From the NCBI GenBank assembly GCA_963514005.1, contig OY740810.1:21638001-21702000 (forward strand): a stretch of 64,000 bases of DNA, read 5' to 3'. Under the pieces are notes generated by a model. That model did no database searches. It was not told where the DNA came from and worked only from the letters and a program-made list of their open reading frames with translations. Positions 60,901-64,000 of the stretch are shown here, in pieces. Origin of the DNA: Raja brachyura. Its lineage: Eukaryota. The position numbers and the translations under genes are program-made. Each line of letters starts with the position of its first letter. The stretch's first letter is position 1.

Positions 60901-63209
60901 CAACAGATGTAAAAAGAACTGTTCACTCTTAAGGCCATAGAGGATGGTTTATTTGCAACAGCAGTGGAGACAGAAAAATTGATTCTTATGAATTCAATAT
61001 TAAAGCAAACCTATGAGTATGAATTGAGTTTGTGGACTGATTTAGACAGATGTTTAGATGCAAAGATGAATCCTCTTGATCACAAATGTTCCGGGCTCTT
61101 CCCAAATCTAATCTGCACCAGCTGTATGCAAAGAATTACGAAAGAGGTTGTACAGCACTCAGCATATTTGCGCGACGTGAAGCTTGTAGCAATGCCAATT
61201 GGCGCAGCATAGACAATGGTCTGGAAGTGCGGATCATTTTTTGTCTACCTACATAGACTGCTTTTCAAAAAAAATGCATGACTCCCTGATGCTGGTTGAC
61301 AGCCATCCAAAAGTCATTGAGGTAAGGCATGTCAAATCATGCACCACCACTTTGCTCACTGCTTTGAACTAATCTCTCAATATGTGGATTTTATGAAGAG
61401 ATTTTAATCATGTAAAAATCTACACTTTTTGCCATTTCAGTTTTAACAGTTTTCAAATCAAATGGGATAAAAATCGCATCATATCTTATCAACCATTTTT
61501 CTATGAGGCTTAGGAAATGCTGATACACGGAAGACTCAGGATTTTCATGAGAGGAAGTTCATGGTACAGGCTATTAGGAAAAGGGGTTCAGATCAGACTA
61601 GAAGCCAGGCTGTAAAACATTGAATATTACAGAGTTGCAGAGATGTGCAGTTCCAGGGATTATCTCATAAGGGGTTCTGAAAAAAAATCATCTTGATCAC
61701 TTGATCTCAGGAGAAGATACCCGAGGTGGAGCTCGTGAGTTTGCATAAGCTCCGAAAGAAAGTCCTGCAATGGTTGAAAAAAGGTTGGCACACCACAAAA
61801 CTGAAGAGGTTCACTTCTTGACTTTGTCAATATATCCAAAGATGGATGCTACATCGACACCTGGTGAGAATCCAGGATCAATACACATTATTCTGATACA
61901 TTTACAAAAATAAATCAGGACACAGCACATTGACTAAACTTGTAATTGTACATTGTGTTCAGCTAGTTTGACTCTTTTTCTTAATTTTGTGGGACATGAT
62001 GTATTGAGAAGATCTTGGAAAGCGGATCCTTCATTTGGAGCTCTCAGCACTTTCCACGTATTGTTCTGCACATTCTCTTTGTTACTTCACTATAGTCAAT
62101 GAACTATACATCCATTTACTTTACAGCGGGAAATATAAAAAATAGATACTGCAAAAATGAAAAGGATAGCAAATGCTAATGCGTGTACCTGGGAAGTAGA
62201 GACAAGAAAGGTGAAATGGGAACAAATAAATGGTAAAACACTAAACAAGCGTTTTGCCTGTCTTCCCGCAGAAGGCACAAGAGTTGTAGAACAATTATTA
62301 GGGAACTCAAGGCATTCTGATAGTGAGTAATTTACACAAATTAAAATTAATATGAAGAAAGTACTGAGGTAATTATGAGAACAAAAAGCTGATAAATCAT
62401 GTGGACCAAATGACACGCATTTGCAAGTTTTTAATAGTATTTGCAGAGACTTCAGCTGTTCGACAAAAGCTGGAATTTGTTGTTAAGCACTTGGTAACAG
62501 GATAATACAACATGAGAATCAACTTGTTTTCATAAAAGTTTTTTTTGAGCTCGACATGTTTTTAGAGTGATTTTGTGAATGTAATCAATAGGGTAGATAA
62601 GTGGAACCAATGGATGCAATATCTCTTATTGTGTTCACTAAACCTTACAAACCACTGCCAAAATAAACAAATCAACGTCAGCATATTCATCCAGGCCAAC
62701 ATGCCCAATATTGACGTTCTCATTATAGTCAATCCACTCCAATGAGCAGTCTGCATCATTTAGATGGTGTATGGGAAGGAACAGCCGATGCTGGTTTAAA
62801 CCAAAGATACTGTAGACACAAAATGCTGGAGTAACTCAATGGGACTAGCAGCATCTCTGGAGAGAAGGAATAGGTGACATTTCAGGTCGAGACTCCTACT
62901 TCAGATCTACCAACTGTGCCAGTGTGCTGTCCTGGTGGTTAACATTTTAGGGCTGCACTGTCAGAAGTACCGTCTTTTGGATTAGATGCCAAACCAAGGC
63001 CTCAATTGCTCTGTCAGTTGCCATTAAATGATATGAATTGAATTTCTTAAGTCCCATGGATGTAAAGTATTATCTATGACCCATCAGTATTATAACTGAG
63101 ATTTGTTGAAAGAATAACTGTTGCTGAGATAGACACAAAAAGCTGGCGTAACTCCAGAGATGCTGCCTGTCCCGCTGAGTTACTCCAGCATTTTGTATCT
63201 GTCTTTCAT

Positions 63210-63560
63210 TTTGATGGTGGACTCCTTAATCCAAAGCCCGTTCCTTACTCCAAGCTTTGTTGCGGAAGGATGGCCAGGTGAATTGAAATAATCTTTCAAG
63301 GACGTCCTCAAAGTCTTCTTGAGAACATCCAGCATTTTCAATGTCCAGTGGAGGTTCCTGCCCACAACTGTTCAAAATTGAGAAATGGATTGGATAAACC
63401 GCAAGTCCTTTCATTGGGAGCATCTGAGAGCCAAGCAAAAAGTAATGGATGGAGAACACACGTCCCGTACTCCTCACCTACATCCCTCGCCCCATCAATT
63501 GTAGATTCCGTGTGTCCCACATTGCCTCATTGGGCACCTCAGAATCTACAGAACTGAAAT
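63210..63560 (+). mobile_element. RTE-clade LINE C-terminal fragment
   Basis: Decayed M.D...PK..LYS.L..G...PG.....FKDVLK..L....I....W..LA...S.W pattern. Confidence 0.55.
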
Positions 63561-63824
63561 CAGTGTAGTGTCTTTAATCTTGGAATACTAAGCGAGTAGG
63601 TTATAGACAGTAGTTGAACAAGATTCGCTGGAATAATAGATATTTAAATTAGGGTATTGTTTCGCTGAGTTTAAGTATGTTGGGATAAAATCATAGGATC
63701 ACAATAAGGTTTGGGTGAAGAAAGAAATCCCTTCAGAATCGTTTTTTTCTTATGTGATCCCGAAGAGTTAACTATTGTAGCCAGAACTGCAAGCTGATTT
63801 TGTAAACTGTATGCCATTGTTAAC

Positions 63825-64000
63825 GTACATAGAACATGGAACAGTACAGCACAAGAAAACGTTCTTCAGCCCACAATGTATGTATCGGACATGATGCCAA
63901 GACCAGCATTATCTACCTGCACATAACCATGTCCCTCAGTTCCCTGCATATCCATATCCAAAATTATTCAAAATCACAGTAATGTATCTGCTTGAATCAA
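63825..64000 (-). mobile_element. CR1-like 3' tail
   Basis: CATAGAACATGGAACAGTACAGCACAAGAAA...CCTGCACATAACC matches 17445 and 21355. Confidence 0.7.

Overview
This is eukaryotic, AT-rich, repeat-dominated DNA with no convincing host protein-coding exon. The repeat repertoire (HE1-type tRNA/V-domain SINEs, CR1/HER1-like LINE tails, Deu-domain SINE relics) points to a cartilaginous fish, probably a skate or ray; this is an inference. The dominant feature is a cluster of four DIRS-type tyrosine-recombinase retrotransposons in 43 kb: a 3' end at 1-217 and three near-full-length decayed copies at 5638-10485 (+), 30296-35486 (-) and 38374-42852 (+). Each long copy carries gag, RT-RNaseH-adenine-methyltransferase-like and recombinase regions, plus inverted terminal repeats and an internal complementary region (ICR). 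Three observations go beyond routine annotation. (1) A 139-bp TSD-flanked retro-insertion in DIRS copy 2 begins with a sequence that folds as a minimal HDV-like ribozyme. (2) All three DIRS copies conserve tandem splice donors in the leader and an acceptor just ahead of the recombinase frame, suggesting spliced recombinase expression. (3) Penelope-derived terminal repeats carry minimal hammerhead ribozyme cores and often form fold-back insertions. The window also holds a 5'-truncated L1 with a 17-bp TSD, a solo LTR, a Harbinger-like MITE, L2/Rex1/RTE/CR1 fragments, a candidate developmental enhancer and a 648-nt assembly gap. All calls are from reading by eye; repeat family names and old-fragment boundaries are approximate.
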